A stretch of 64,000 nucleotides of DNA, taken from NCBI GenBank assembly GCA_964436545.1, contig CAYTCJ010000001.1, forward strand, positions 78,392 through 142,391, read 5' to 3'. Below the pieces are notes generated by a model. The model saw only the letters and a list, made by a program, of their open reading frames with translations. It was not told the DNA's origin and made no database searches. The stretch is from an uncultured Candidatus Saccharibacteria bacterium. Its GTDB lineage: Bacteria; Patescibacteriota; Doudnabacteria; UBA920. The translations under genes were made by a program, and so were the position numbers. How positions within the stretch are numbered: the first letter of the stretch is position 1; each line of letters begins with the position of its first letter. Below, piece by piece: positions 54,842-64,000 of this stretch.

Positions 54842-54988
54842 TGCGATGCACATATATGTATTGAATTATGAATCAAGAATTATGAATTATGAGGTAAGAG
54901 TAAAGAATTATGAAGTATGTCCCGCAGAGCGGGATCCCTGCCTTGTCGGCAGACAGGCGTCTTTGGTGGAAATTATAAAGTAAGAACA

Positions 54989-55879
54989 ATGATTAGAATT
55001 TTAATTAAAGTCTTATTGTTGGTAATTGTTTGTTTGCCATTTTCAGCCAAAGCCTTAGATATTCAAGATTTTGCACAAGGCGCCATGAATAACGGTTTAA
55101 CGGCGGAAAGTTATTTGGTAATTGATAGTACGAACGGAAAAGTATTAATGCAAAAAGATATCCAAAAAACTTGGACTCCGGCTTCGCTTACCAAATTAAT
55201 TACGGCTTTGGTGGTATTGGATAAAAATCCAAAATTACAAGGCAATGTCACGATTAAAAAAGCCGATGAAGTAGGTGGGGCTAGAATTGCCACCAAACCC
55301 GGTGTAAGTTATAAAGTAAAGGATTTGTTTTTTGCTATGCTGGTGGCTTCGGCTAATAATGCGACCAATGCTTTAGCCAGAAGTACGGGGCTAAGTTCAG
55401 AGGAGTTTGTTGCTAAAATGAACGAAAAGGCTAAAGTTTTAGGTGCTATTAATACTGTATTTGTGGAGCCCACAGGTATTAGTGAAAAAAACGTCAGCAC
55501 AGTTGAAGATTATGCCAAAATTGCTCAAAAAGCTTTTGCGAGCCAAACTATTTTATTAGCGGGAAAAACCGCGGAATATAATTTTAGGGCCATTAATAAT
55601 AAACGATATTTGCATAAATTAAAAAATACTAATAAACTCTTAAAAGATGGGGAAATGGAAATCATTGCGGGTAAAACCGGTTACCTAGATGAGTCAAAAT
55701 ATAATTTTACCGCTTTAGTAAAGGACCAGTTTAATCAATCGGCCATTATTGTTTTGTTTGGAGCCAAGGATCCAAGCGCACAATTTAGAGAAACCAAACA
55801 ACTTACGTTTTTAAGCGGGTTGGTTAAACAATTAAATTTTTTGGGTGGGGCGGTGTTAGGCGTTGATGATGTTAAGTAA
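54989..55879 (+). CDS. D-alanyl-D-alanine carboxypeptidase (S11, PBP5/6-like); the ORF extends upstream to 54917 through a GC-rich hairpin region
   Basis: SLTK (SxxK), SAN (SxN) and KTG motifs; signal peptide beginning MIRILIKVLLLVIV. Confidence 0.75.
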   Translation: MIRILIKVLLLVIVCLPFSAKALDIQDFAQGAMNNGLTAESYLVIDSTNGKVLMQKDIQKTWTPASLTKLITALVVLDKNPKLQGNVTIKKADEVGGARIATKPGVSYKVKDLFFAMLVASANNATNALARSTGLSSEEFVAKMNEKAKVLGAINTVFVEPTGISEKNVSTVEDYAKIAQKAFASQTILLAGKTAEYNFRAINNKRYLHKLKNTNKLLKDGEMEIIAGKTGYLDESKYNFTALVKDQFNQSAIIVLFGAKDPSAQFRETKQLTFLSGLVKQLNFLGGAVLGVDDVK

Positions 55880-56010
55880 AAATAACTGTTTTATTTATTT
55901 TTGTTATTCCGAATTTATTTCGGAATCTCTTTAAAAAAAATAAGGTAAGCATAGATTCTGAAACAAGTTCAGAATGACAATTAATAATCAACCAAGATAC
56001 TAAAAAAATT

Positions 56011-56724
56011 ATGGGAAATATATATTCAAATCAAGACGATAGCAAGTTAGGAACTAAGAGAGTTGTAACCATTGGGATTGTAGTTTTATTATTTCTAGGT
56101 TTTGGATATTATTTGTTTACAATTTCCGGCGGAGTACCAACTTCCGGGAGTGTGGATTTTAATTTAAAAGATGTGAAGCCCACCGACAAATTGCGTGAAG
56201 TTCAGGTCGATGACCATATTTTAGGCAATCCACAGGCTAAAAATACCATGGTGGCGTTTGAAGATATTCAGTGTCCGGCTTGTAAAAATTATGAACCAAT
56301 TTTAAAATCTTTTGCAACTGAATTAAAAGAGACTAAGGTGGTGTTTCGGCATTACCCATTACCTATGCATAAAAATGCCGGTTTGGCGGCTTTGGCCTCG
56401 GAAGCGGCCAATTCCCAAGGTAAATTTTGGGAATGGGTAGGCTTGGCTTACGAGAGACAAGAGAAATGGTCGGAGCTTTCCAATCCCACAGAAATATTTG
56501 TGGAAATTGCCAAAGATAGCGGAGTGAAGGATTTGGAAAAATTTAGATTGGATGTAAACAATAAAACTTTTAAAGCCAGAGTGGAAACCGATGTCAGAGA
56601 GGCAGTGGGTTTAAATGTGGGTGGCACCCCGACTTTGTATTTTAATGGCGTTAAACTGGAATTAGCCAGCTTAGAAGGCATAAAACAGCAAGTGGAGAAG
56701 ATTTTAAATAGCAATCAGCAATAA
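56011..56724 (+). CDS. DsbA/BdbD-like thiol:disulfide oxidoreductase, membrane-anchored
   Basis: CPAC active site in a thioredoxin fold; N-terminal TM. Confidence 0.75.
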   Translation: MGNIYSNQDDSKLGTKRVVTIGIVVLLFLGFGYYLFTISGGVPTSGSVDFNLKDVKPTDKLREVQVDDHILGNPQAKNTMVAFEDIQCPACKNYEPILKSFATELKETKVVFRHYPLPMHKNAGLAALASEAANSQGKFWEWVGLAYERQEKWSELSNPTEIFVEIAKDSGVKDLEKFRLDVNNKTFKARVETDVREAVGLNVGGTPTLYFNGVKLELASLEGIKQQVEKILNSNQQ

Positions 56725-56938
56725 GCGAATCAGCAGTCAATAATCAAATCAGTAAGTAAGTTGGTAAGTTGTAAGTGAGTAAGTAGAGAAGTTGGTAAAA
56801 ATAAATTTAGGGCGACGTGGATGTAGAGTCCAAAATGCCTTAGGTCTGCGGTAGGGACGTGCTCAAGTGAGCAGGTATTATTATTGTCAAATAAAGTTTA
56901 AAAAATTAATAAAATTATTTTAGAAAGGAATCAAATAT

Positions 56939-57133
56939 ATGACCCCCCATTTAACCCCGCCTAAAACATTGCAAGGGCCAGATCATCATTATAAAGATGA
57001 TCCAAGAAATCCAGAACGTAGGAGGGTAAGGGGAGGGGTGGAAAAAATGCACGGAGGTGATTTAGATTTAGAGGATAAGCGGTTAGATGATTTAAAAAAA
57101 GAATTAGATGAACACAGAGGGAAACCAAAATAA
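56939..57133 (+). CDS. Hypothetical small highly charged protein
   Basis: RBS AGAAAGGAA upstream; no recognisable family. Confidence 0.25.
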   Translation: MTPHLTPPKTLQGPDHHYKDDPRNPERRRVRGGVEKMHGGDLDLEDKRLDDLKKELDEHRGKPK

Positions 57134-57305
57134 TAATTTTAAATTTATGTCATCAAAAATATCCAAAGCTGAGTTTTCTAGGACAATTAGAGAAAGAAGA
57201 ACAAGGGAAGGTGACGGAAGACAAAATCTTGATAATGACGATCAGGATGCAGAAGGAAAATATGTTGAAGATGGAGAACAACCAGAAGAAGAAACAGAAG
57301 AATAA
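57108..57305 (+). CDS. Hypothetical small acidic protein
   Basis: 65-aa ORF with an acidic, low-complexity C-terminus. Confidence 0.2.
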   Translation: MNTEGNQNNNFKFMSSKISKAEFSRTIRERRTREGDGRQNLDNDDQDAEGKYVEDGEQPEEETEE

Positions 57306-57339
57306 ACTTATCTAAAATTTATTTAACAAAAGTTTATTC

Positions 57340-58698
57340 TTGAGAGGTTTTGGTCTATGGGTTATAATGGGTGGTATGAAACAGAACTCCCCCAGACCCC
57401 TTCTTTCGAAAAGAGGGAAGAGAGAGCTCCCTAAGGGAGAGAGAAAAAAGGTGCTGATTGCATTAAGCGGTGGAATTGACAGCGCGGTTTCGGCATATCT
57501 ACTTATCAAACAGGGCTTTGAGGTGGAAGGTGCGTTTATGAAGAATTGGACGAGCCAAGAGGGATTACTTAAAAACGAATGTCCGTGGCTTTCGGACAGG
57601 CGAGATGCCTTAAGGGTGGCCGGATTTTTAGGCATTAAACTGCATACGTTGGATTTTGAAAAGCAATACCAAAATACGGTAATGAAGTATTTTTTTTCCG
57701 AATACAAAGCCGGCCGAACCCCCAATCCGGATGTAATGTGCAATAAGGAAATTAAGTTTAAATTGTTATATAATTGGGCTCGCCATCACGGATTTGATTA
57801 TTTAGCTACGGGACATTATGCCCAAGTAGTAAGTAGTAAGTTAGTAAGTAATAAGTATGAAAAACAAAAAACTTACAACTCTACAACTTACAACTTACAA
57901 CTTTTTCGGAGTAAAGATGAATTCAAAGATCAAACTTACTTTATCTATAACATCAAAAGCGAACAATTGCCACATTTATTATTCCCAATTGGGGGGATGA
58001 AAAAAACCGCTGTGCGTGAGTTGGCGCGAAAAATAAAATTGCCCAATGCGGAAAGAAAAGAAAGTATGGGCCTCTGTTTTGTGGGTAAAATTCGGCTGAA
58101 AGATTTTTTACAACAAAAAATAAAAGCGAAGAAAGGGGAGATAGTGTTGGCTTCGGGTTTGTCATCTCGGCCTTTGAGCCGGGATCTAGAATTAAAGAAC
58201 TGGATTCCGGATAGCCTTTCGGGTGCACTCAAGGCTTCTGGAATGACAGAATTGGTTATTGGACAGCATTTTGGGCTTCATAACTACACTATTGGCCAAA
58301 GACAGGGGATACAAGTGGGCGGTAAAGGCGGGCCGTATTATGTTTTAAGTAAAGATTTAAAGCATAACCGACTTTATGTAACCAATGATCCCAATGACAA
58401 AAGGTTGTTAGTCAAAGAAGTGCAAATTCATAGTGTGAATTGGATAACTCCCCCTAACCCCCTCTTTGGAAAAGAGGGGGGAGGGAGAATTTCCCCTCTT
58501 AAAATAAGAGGGGATAAAGGGGTGATATTACTTGGTAGATATCGTCATCAGGGGGAGCTGGTGCCACTTACAGTATCTCAAATAAACCAAGATTTATATA
58601 AAATAATTTTTAAAACTCCACAAAAAGCTGTTGCCAGTGGGCAAAGTTTGGTATTATATAAAGGTAAGGAATGTGTGGGAGGGGGAGTAATTGGGTAA
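57340..58698 (+). CDS. mnmA: tRNA-specific 2-thiouridylase MnmA with three in-frame repeat/hairpin insertions
   Basis: PP-loop LIALSGGIDSAV, catalytic CNKEIKF and GLCFVG; insertions at 57387-57445, 57826-57903 and 58448-58524. Confidence 0.85.
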   Translation: MRGFGLWVIMGGMKQNSPRPLLSKRGKRELPKGERKKVLIALSGGIDSAVSAYLLIKQGFEVEGAFMKNWTSQEGLLKNECPWLSDRRDALRVAGFLGIKLHTLDFEKQYQNTVMKYFFSEYKAGRTPNPDVMCNKEIKFKLLYNWARHHGFDYLATGHYAQVVSSKLVSNKYEKQKTYNSTTYNLQLFRSKDEFKDQTYFIYNIKSEQLPHLLFPIGGMKKTAVRELARKIKLPNAERKESMGLCFVGKIRLKDFLQQKIKAKKGEIVLASGLSSRPLSRDLELKNWIPDSLSGALKASGMTELVIGQHFGLHNYTIGQRQGIQVGGKGGPYYVLSKDLKHNRLYVTNDPNDKRLLVKEVQIHSVNWITPPNPLFGKEGGGRISPLKIRGDKGVILLGRYRHQGELVPLTVSQINQDLYKIIFKTPQKAVASGQSLVLYKGKECVGGGVIG

Positions 58699-59037
58699 AT
58701 GAGCAAAAATGACAAGAATAAGTAAGAATGACAAGAGTGAAAAATAAGAATTAGCAAAAGAATAAATTCATTAGGCTCGTCAGAGGCAGTTCAACCAGTT
58801 CATCCGGCTGAAGGAGTTAATAATCCTCCTGCTAGAGGAAACGGTAATACTGCAGAAATATCTGAATTAGCAATACTCTTTTCTAGAAAAGCAAAAATAG
58901 AAACACAACTATTAGCTCTTGAAGCATTACACGAAGCTGAGTTTACGGATAATGAGGTTAGAAAATTTATGGATAATTTAAAGCAAGAATTACAGAAAAT
59001 TAATGAACAAATTAAAGTATTAAATAAAGGTTAAAAT

Positions 59038-59682
59038 ATGGCAGAAGATGATTTTTTAAAAAATTTGGAAATGCAAATGGCTGGAGTGACAGGAGGCGAT
59101 GGTTTAACTGATGAAGAAAGAAGAATATATAACACAGTTACGCAAGCTCTACAGTCAGGAACAGGAGATAATTTAACCCGAGAGCAGATTACAACCTTTA
59201 AGAAAGCTCGACAAGTTTTGGAAGAAACACACAGAAAAGCAAATAATCCGGAAAATATTACAGTAAATATTCGCCCCGGAGTGCCTTTAAAAGTAAAGCG
59301 TTCAAATGGACAAATAGACGAAGGTTGGACTTTGGCCTATAATCAGAGGTATTTAAATGAAGGGAGGGTTGTTATTGAAAAAGATAAACAAGATGGAAAA
59401 GGTGGACAGCTTCAAAAAGAAATTCCAATTAAAGATTTAGCAGAGGTGAATGATTTAGCTAGAATAATGAGTGAACCAGAAAATGTAATGGAGTGGGGAG
59501 GGTTTGGGGTATTAGATAGAATAAAAATAAAACAAACCGGTGAGATACGACTTATTCATCAATTTGCAAAAAGAGATGGTGAGGTGAAGGCAAAAGTAGC
59601 AATGAGTGGAGATAGTCATAAAAATTTTAAATTTGAATATTATAGTTTTGAGCAAATAGAAAGAGTACCGCTTAGGTATTAA
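59038..59682 (+). CDS. Hypothetical protein (AT-rich)
   Basis: 214-aa ORF with no recognisable family. Confidence 0.35.
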   Translation: MAEDDFLKNLEMQMAGVTGGDGLTDEERRIYNTVTQALQSGTGDNLTREQITTFKKARQVLEETHRKANNPENITVNIRPGVPLKVKRSNGQIDEGWTLAYNQRYLNEGRVVIEKDKQDGKGGQLQKEIPIKDLAEVNDLARIMSEPENVMEWGGFGVLDRIKIKQTGEIRLIHQFAKRDGEVKAKVAMSGDSHKNFKFEYYSFEQIERVPLRY

Positions 59683-59781
59683 AACGAAAAGTTAAATAAA
59701 AAAATAAGGGTTATCATTGTGTGGCACAAAGATAACCCTTATATATTTATTTATTCACCAAAAAATGGGAACAAGAGGAAT

Positions 59782-61809
59782 TTATGGTTTAAGGAATTTT
59801 ACCATTAACAGAGCCACAATGTTGATAATTTTTATCATGGGGTTTATAGCTGGACCGGCAGTGTCTTTGTAAGGGTCGCCTACGGTGTCGCCGGTAACTG
59901 CCGATTTATGAGCATCACTGCCTTTACCCCCAAAACTGCCTTCTTCAATATATTTTTTCGCATTATCCCAAGCAGCTCCGCCTGTGGTCATACTAATACC
60001 CACAAACAAACCGGTTACTATGGTACCCACCAAAAGTCCGCCTAAGGCTGCTGCTCCCAAAAGCCAACCCACCAATACCGGTACCACTACCGGAATTAAA
60101 GCCGGCACAATCATTTCTTTTATGGCAGATTTGGTGACAATGTCTACGGCTTTGGAATAGTCGGGTTTTGCGCTACCTTCCATTATGCCTTTAATTTCTC
60201 TAAATTGTCTTCTAACTTCTTCTACTACGGCTTTGGCTGCATTACCCACGGCGCTCATGGCAATAGAAGCAAATAAGTAGGGCAAAAGGCCACCAATTAA
60301 CAAGCCGACTAAAACTTTACTATCCGATAAATCAAATACCGAGGAAATCCCCGCTAAATTTAATTCTTGAGTGTAAGCGGAAAACAAGACCATAGCTGCC
60401 AGGCCAGCCGAAGCAATGGCGTAGCCTTTAGTTACGGCTTTTGTGGTGTTGCCTACGGCGTCCAAAGGATCGGTAACATCTCTCACGCTTTTATCTAACC
60501 CCGCCATTTCCGCAATACCACCGGCGTTATCGGTTATTGGGCCAAAAGCGTCTATGGCTACAATTATTCCGGTAAGGGAGAGCATGGACATAACGGCTAA
60601 AGCTACACCATACAGACCGGCTAAATTGAACGTTATTAAAATTGCCACCACAATTACCAAGACTGGCGCAGCGGTAGATTGCATACCCACAGCTAAGCCT
60701 TTAATAATATTGGTGCCGTGTCCGGTGGTGGAGGCTTCTGCAATGTCTTTAACCGGTGAAAAGCTTTTGGAAGTGTAATATTCGGTAATTAAAACCACTA
60801 AGGCAGTAACTAACAAACCAATTAAGGCGGAGTAGTATAAATTCATTTCCGGATAAACGCCGTTGTTGCCCATTAGTTTTTTAGTGACCGGATAAAAAGC
60901 AATGGCCGAAAGGATGCCGGAGACAACTAAGCCTTTATACAAAGCGCCCATAATATTTTGGCTTTTACCCAAGCGCACAAACCATGTGCCAATTATGGAA
61001 GTAACTATGGATACCGCGCCAATCAATAAAGGAAATAATATGGCGTTTTCCGTGGCAGTAGCATCATTTGTTGAAACTGTTGTAAATGTAAAACTACCTA
61101 GGAGCATTACGGCAATAGTAGAGACCACATAAGTTTCAAACAAGTCTGCTGCCATACCGGCGCAATCACCTACGTTATCGCCCACATTGTCTGCAATCAC
61201 CCCGGGATTTCTTGGATCATCTTCCGGAATATTGCTTTCAATTTTACCTACCATATCTGTTCCCACGTCTGCGCCTTTAGTAAAAATTCCACCGCCTAAG
61301 CGGGCGAAAACCGAAATTAAACTGGAACCAAAAGCTAAGCCGGCTAAAGCGGGTAAATTATGAGTAACTAAATAAAAAGTGGAAACGCTTAATAGTCCAA
61401 AACCCACTACAAACAGGCCGGTTACGCTTCCGCCTTGGAAGGCTAAAGCCAGGGCCGGACCCAAACCTTTTTTGGCAGCTTCGGCAGTTCTAACATTGGC
61501 TCTTACCGAAATATGCATACCCACAAAGCCGGCCACAGCGCTTAAAATTGCGCCTACCAAAAAGGCCACAATGGTTTGGTTATCAAACTTACCCAGTTTT
61601 AGTAAAACAATTACCACCACAGCCACAATGGCTACGGTTTTGTATTGGCGGGCCAAATAGGCTTTGGCACCGGCTTGAATAGCCTGGGCGATTTCTACCA
61701 TTTTGCCTTCACCTTGGGGGCTTTTAAGAATTTTATATATTAAAAACGCTCCATACAGAAGCGCTAAGACCGAAGCGCCAATGACGCCGGCTAAGTAGCT
61801 ATTTTCCAT
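59782..61809 (-). CDS. hppA: Membrane-bound proton (or sodium)-translocating pyrophosphatase
   Basis: [26 protein letters not shown] and [14 protein letters not shown] signature motifs; about 15 TM helices. Confidence 0.95.
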   Translation of the reverse strand: MENSYLAGVIGASVLALLYGAFLIYKILKSPQGEGKMVEIAQAIQAGAKAYLARQYKTVAIVAVVVIVLLKLGKFDNQTIVAFLVGAILSAVAGFVGMHISVRANVRTAEAAKKGLGPALALAFQGGSVTGLFVVGFGLLSVSTFYLVTHNLPALAGLAFGSSLISVFARLGGGIFTKGADVGTDMVGKIESNIPEDDPRNPGVIADNVGDNVGDCAGMAADLFETYVVSTIAVMLLGSFTFTTVSTNDATATENAILFPLLIGAVSIVTSIIGTWFVRLGKSQNIMGALYKGLVVSGILSAIAFYPVTKKLMGNNGVYPEMNLYYSALIGLLVTALVVLITEYYTSKSFSPVKDIAEASTTGHGTNIIKGLAVGMQSTAAPVLVIVVAILITFNLAGLYGVALAVMSMLSLTGIIVAIDAFGPITDNAGGIAEMAGLDKSVRDVTDPLDAVGNTTKAVTKGYAIASAGLAAMVLFSAYTQELNLAGISSVFDLSDSKVLVGLLIGGLLPYLFASIAMSAVGNAAKAVVEEVRRQFREIKGIMEGSAKPDYSKAVDIVTKSAIKEMIVPALIPVVVPVLVGWLLGAAALGGLLVGTIVTGLFVGISMTTGGAAWDNAKKYIEEGSFGGKGSDAHKSAVTGDTVGDPYKDTAGPAINPMIKIINIVALLMVKFLKP

Positions 61810-61862
61810 TAGTTTATGTATTAATATTTAATGATATTATTATAGTTATTTTTGGAGAAAAA

Positions 61863-62450
61863 TCAAGCTCGGGGATGGGTGTTTCTCTTTATTTGGGAAA
61901 TATCTTCCAAAATTCTTCCATGATAAATAATCAGTCCCATGCTAATGGAAATTTGTGCTTTTTGGAGTAACGCAGACCAAGCTTTTAATAAGTTGACATC
62001 CATTTCATATGGAGGGTGAAAATTTTCCGTAATGGAAGCCAGTCTTTCGGAGTTTTGAAAAAAAAGCTTAGAGGTTACTTGGGTGGTTAGCTGAATTTTG
62101 TCTTCGTAAGTTTTTAATTGCTTAAGGCATTTTGGGTGGTTTAGTGGATTTTTTAGCAATTTTTCTAATTGGTTTATTTGCCCACCTAATTCATCTAAAT
62201 CTGTTTGAAGCAGAATTAAACGTTCTTTAATATCAGCTAAGGTTTTTTGGTTTTCCGGCGATAACGATTTGGGAGGGTCAGGGAGGTTAACTTGCCTCTC
62301 GGCGTTTTTTCTTAATCTTGTGGCTTCCCTTTTTTGCCCAACATAGTTTTTGATTTTTTCGCCAATTGTGTTCCCCGCGGTTATACCAAAAATCGTCAAG
62401 CCTAAGCCGGTTGCTATTTCTCGTCGTGTAAATGGTTCTTGGGGTTTCAT
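61863..62450 (-). CDS. Hypothetical protein (N-terminal TM plus coiled coil)
   Basis: Hydrophobic N-terminus and a coiled-coil segment; adjacent to the next ORF. Confidence 0.35.
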   Translation of the reverse strand: MKPQEPFTRREIATGLGLTIFGITAGNTIGEKIKNYVGQKREATRLRKNAERQVNLPDPPKSLSPENQKTLADIKERLILLQTDLDELGGQINQLEKLLKNPLNHPKCLKQLKTYEDKIQLTTQVTSKLFFQNSERLASITENFHPPYEMDVNLLKAWSALLQKAQISISMGLIIYHGRILEDISQIKRNTHPRA

Positions 62451-62996
62451 TTAGAAAAATTTTACCGAATTAACCATCGCTTCAAATAAGGGTTTTAAAG
62501 TTAAAGATACCCCTAAGTCAAAAGTAAAATAGTTGGCATTATCTTTTACTCCCAATACCATACCATCTAAGCTTAAGGCTTCTTTGCCAGCGACTTGAGT
62601 TTTTTTTGCGGGGAGGTCGCTGAGTGCGTAGTAGTTATCTTGAGAAATATAAATATGGATATTACTGTATTTGGCACCTGGGTCTATTTCTACCACGTAG
62701 TAGCCGTTTTGATTATTGATTGATTTAATTTTCCATTCGGGTTTATATTTAAATTCAAATTTGTATTCGGTGTTGGTATAAGTTTTCCAATCGGCAGTGT
62801 CTATGGTTATGGTTGGCTCAGATTGGGGTTTTTCTACAGCTTGGGTAATGGGCAGAGCAGGTTTTTTTACAGTTTCAAGAAAAGGAGTAGGCTGGGAATA
62901 ATCTTTATACATAAACCAACTGGCAAACACTCCAAAAACAGCAATGGTAAATAATATAAGAAAACTTCTGGATTCTAAAGAAAGATTTTTTTTCAT
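62451..62996 (-). CDS. Hypothetical secreted/membrane-anchored protein
   Basis: N-terminal TM or signal peptide; no recognisable family. Confidence 0.35.
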   Translation of the reverse strand: MKKNLSLESRSFLILFTIAVFGVFASWFMYKDYSQPTPFLETVKKPALPITQAVEKPQSEPTITIDTADWKTYTNTEYKFEFKYKPEWKIKSINNQNGYYVVEIDPGAKYSNIHIYISQDNYYALSDLPAKKTQVAGKEALSLDGMVLGVKDNANYFTFDLGVSLTLKPLFEAMVNSVKFF

Positions 62997-63296
62997 TTTT
63001 GTATTTTTAGATTATTTATGATTTTTGCTCTCCTGTTTTTTCCTCCCTTGCTTGTCCACCACAGCTTTAGCGACGGTGGAACGGGAGGAGTTAGGGGAGG
63101 GTGATAAAAGGTTTATTTATTAAAGAGTTTATCCAGCCCCGCTTGGTTGCCACAATAATATAAATTTTTGGTTAAATTTACACAAAAACCCGGGTTTTTG
63201 GCAATAAAGGAATATTTGGGTAAAAACCAGTATAAGAAAATTAAAACTCCGGCAAGAATAACGTAGAATAAAAATTTAAAATGTTTAAACATTTGT

Positions 63297-63371
63297 TTGG
63301 CTGCCCGGGAAGGATTCGAACCTTCGATGGAGGATTCAGAGTCCTCTGCCTTACCGCTTGGCTACCGGGCA
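63297..63371 (-). tRNA. tRNA-Gln (anticodon CUG)
   Basis: Manual fold of the reverse complement: acceptor UGCCCGG/CCGGGCA (U1:A72), anticodon stem GAGGA/UCCUC, loop CUCUGAA, T-loop TTCGAAT, encoded CCA. Confidence 0.85.
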
Positions 63372-63480
63372 AAGAGGCTATGATAATCTGGATTTTGCCC
63401 AGTATCGTGATTTATTTAATAAACCCTAATTATTATATAGTATTTATACCAAAAAATAAAGTATTTGCTATAATACCAAA

Positions 63481-64000
63481 ATGCACAAGCTGATTAAAAT
63501 CTTAAAATATTTAGGGGTGGGGGTAATGGCTTTACTGCTTGTAGATGCCGGGTTGGTGTTTGGTTTTGCTATAAAATCATCAAATATCCAAAAAGCTGAT
63601 GCCATAATTATAATGGGTGCGGCCATAAATAGTCCGGCTTTGTATAACCGCAGTTTGACGGCCTTAACTTTATACGAACAAAATTTAGCGCCGATTTTGG
63701 TTTTGTCAGGCGGGCGTATTTCGGACAAAGATATTTCCGAGGCCACTTATATGCAAAGAGTGCTTCAGAGTAAGGCGAATAAGCCTTTAAATGTAATTTT
63801 AGATGAGCAGGCGAGTAATACTTTGGAAAATATCAAAAACTCAAAAAATCAGCTACCAGACGCCAAAGCTATTATTGTTATTACAGATAAATTTCATTTG
63901 GCCCGAAGTGTGATTACTGCAAAATTTTTAGGCTATAAAGCAGTGTTTTGGGCTGCGCCGAAAGGGGAATATTATCCAAAAAGTGGGTGGGCTTTTTATT
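63481..64000 (+). CDS. DUF218 (YdcF/SanA-like) domain protein, 3'-partial at the window edge
   Basis: Open frame from ATG 63481 to the window end; N-terminal TM then ADAIIIMGAAINSPALYNR...ILVLSGGR typical of DUF218. Confidence 0.55.
   Translation, partial: MHKLIKILKYLGVGVMALLLVDAGLVFGFAIKSSNIQKADAIIIMGAAINSPALYNRSLTALTLYEQNLAPILVLSGGRISDKDISEATYMQRVLQSKANKPLNVILDEQASNTLENIKNSKNQLPDAKAIIVITDKFHLARSVITAKFLGYKAVFWAAPKGEYYPKSGWAFY

Noticed and set aside
63468-63746. 92-aa minus-strand ORF
   Set aside because: Antisense to a well-supported DUF218 plus-strand frame that continues to the window end.

Overview
The window is AT-rich (about 40% GC by eye), gene-dense bacterial DNA with a reduced-genome, CPR/Patescibacteria-like flavour. 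It carries four tandem type IV pilin-like genes and a glycolytic cluster (PfkB kinase, gap, pgk, gpmI) interrupted by a GxxExxY protein and a DHCR24-like FAD oxidoreductase. Other metabolic and maintenance genes are archaeal-type PEP carboxylase, H+-pyrophosphatase, GSII-type glutamine synthetase, ornithine carbamoyltransferase, recJ, rnhA, dinB, mnmA and hisS. There is an mreB locus, a dcw cluster (mraZ-rsmH-ftsL-ftsI), a two-component system, three tRNAs and a tRNA fragment. Unusual items include: (1) a low-GC restriction-modification island next to tRNA-Gln, made of a controller (C) protein gene, a putative endonuclease gene and a convergent gene that fuses a complete LexA-like autocleavable repressor to a C5 cytosine methyltransferase; (2) a family of C-rich/G-rich palindromic hairpin elements that flank a DUF559 endonuclease gene as inverted repeats and occur as in-frame insertions inside rnhA, dinB and mnmA; (3) in-frame short tandem repeats inside housekeeping genes; (4) a sharply GC-rich, apparently horizontally acquired gene resembling a SAM hydroxide adenosyltransferase (DUF62 family); (5) a GC-rich small ORF or structured element with its own terminator upstream of glnA; and (6) two T-box-like leader motifs. 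No rRNA genes or CRISPR arrays were seen.
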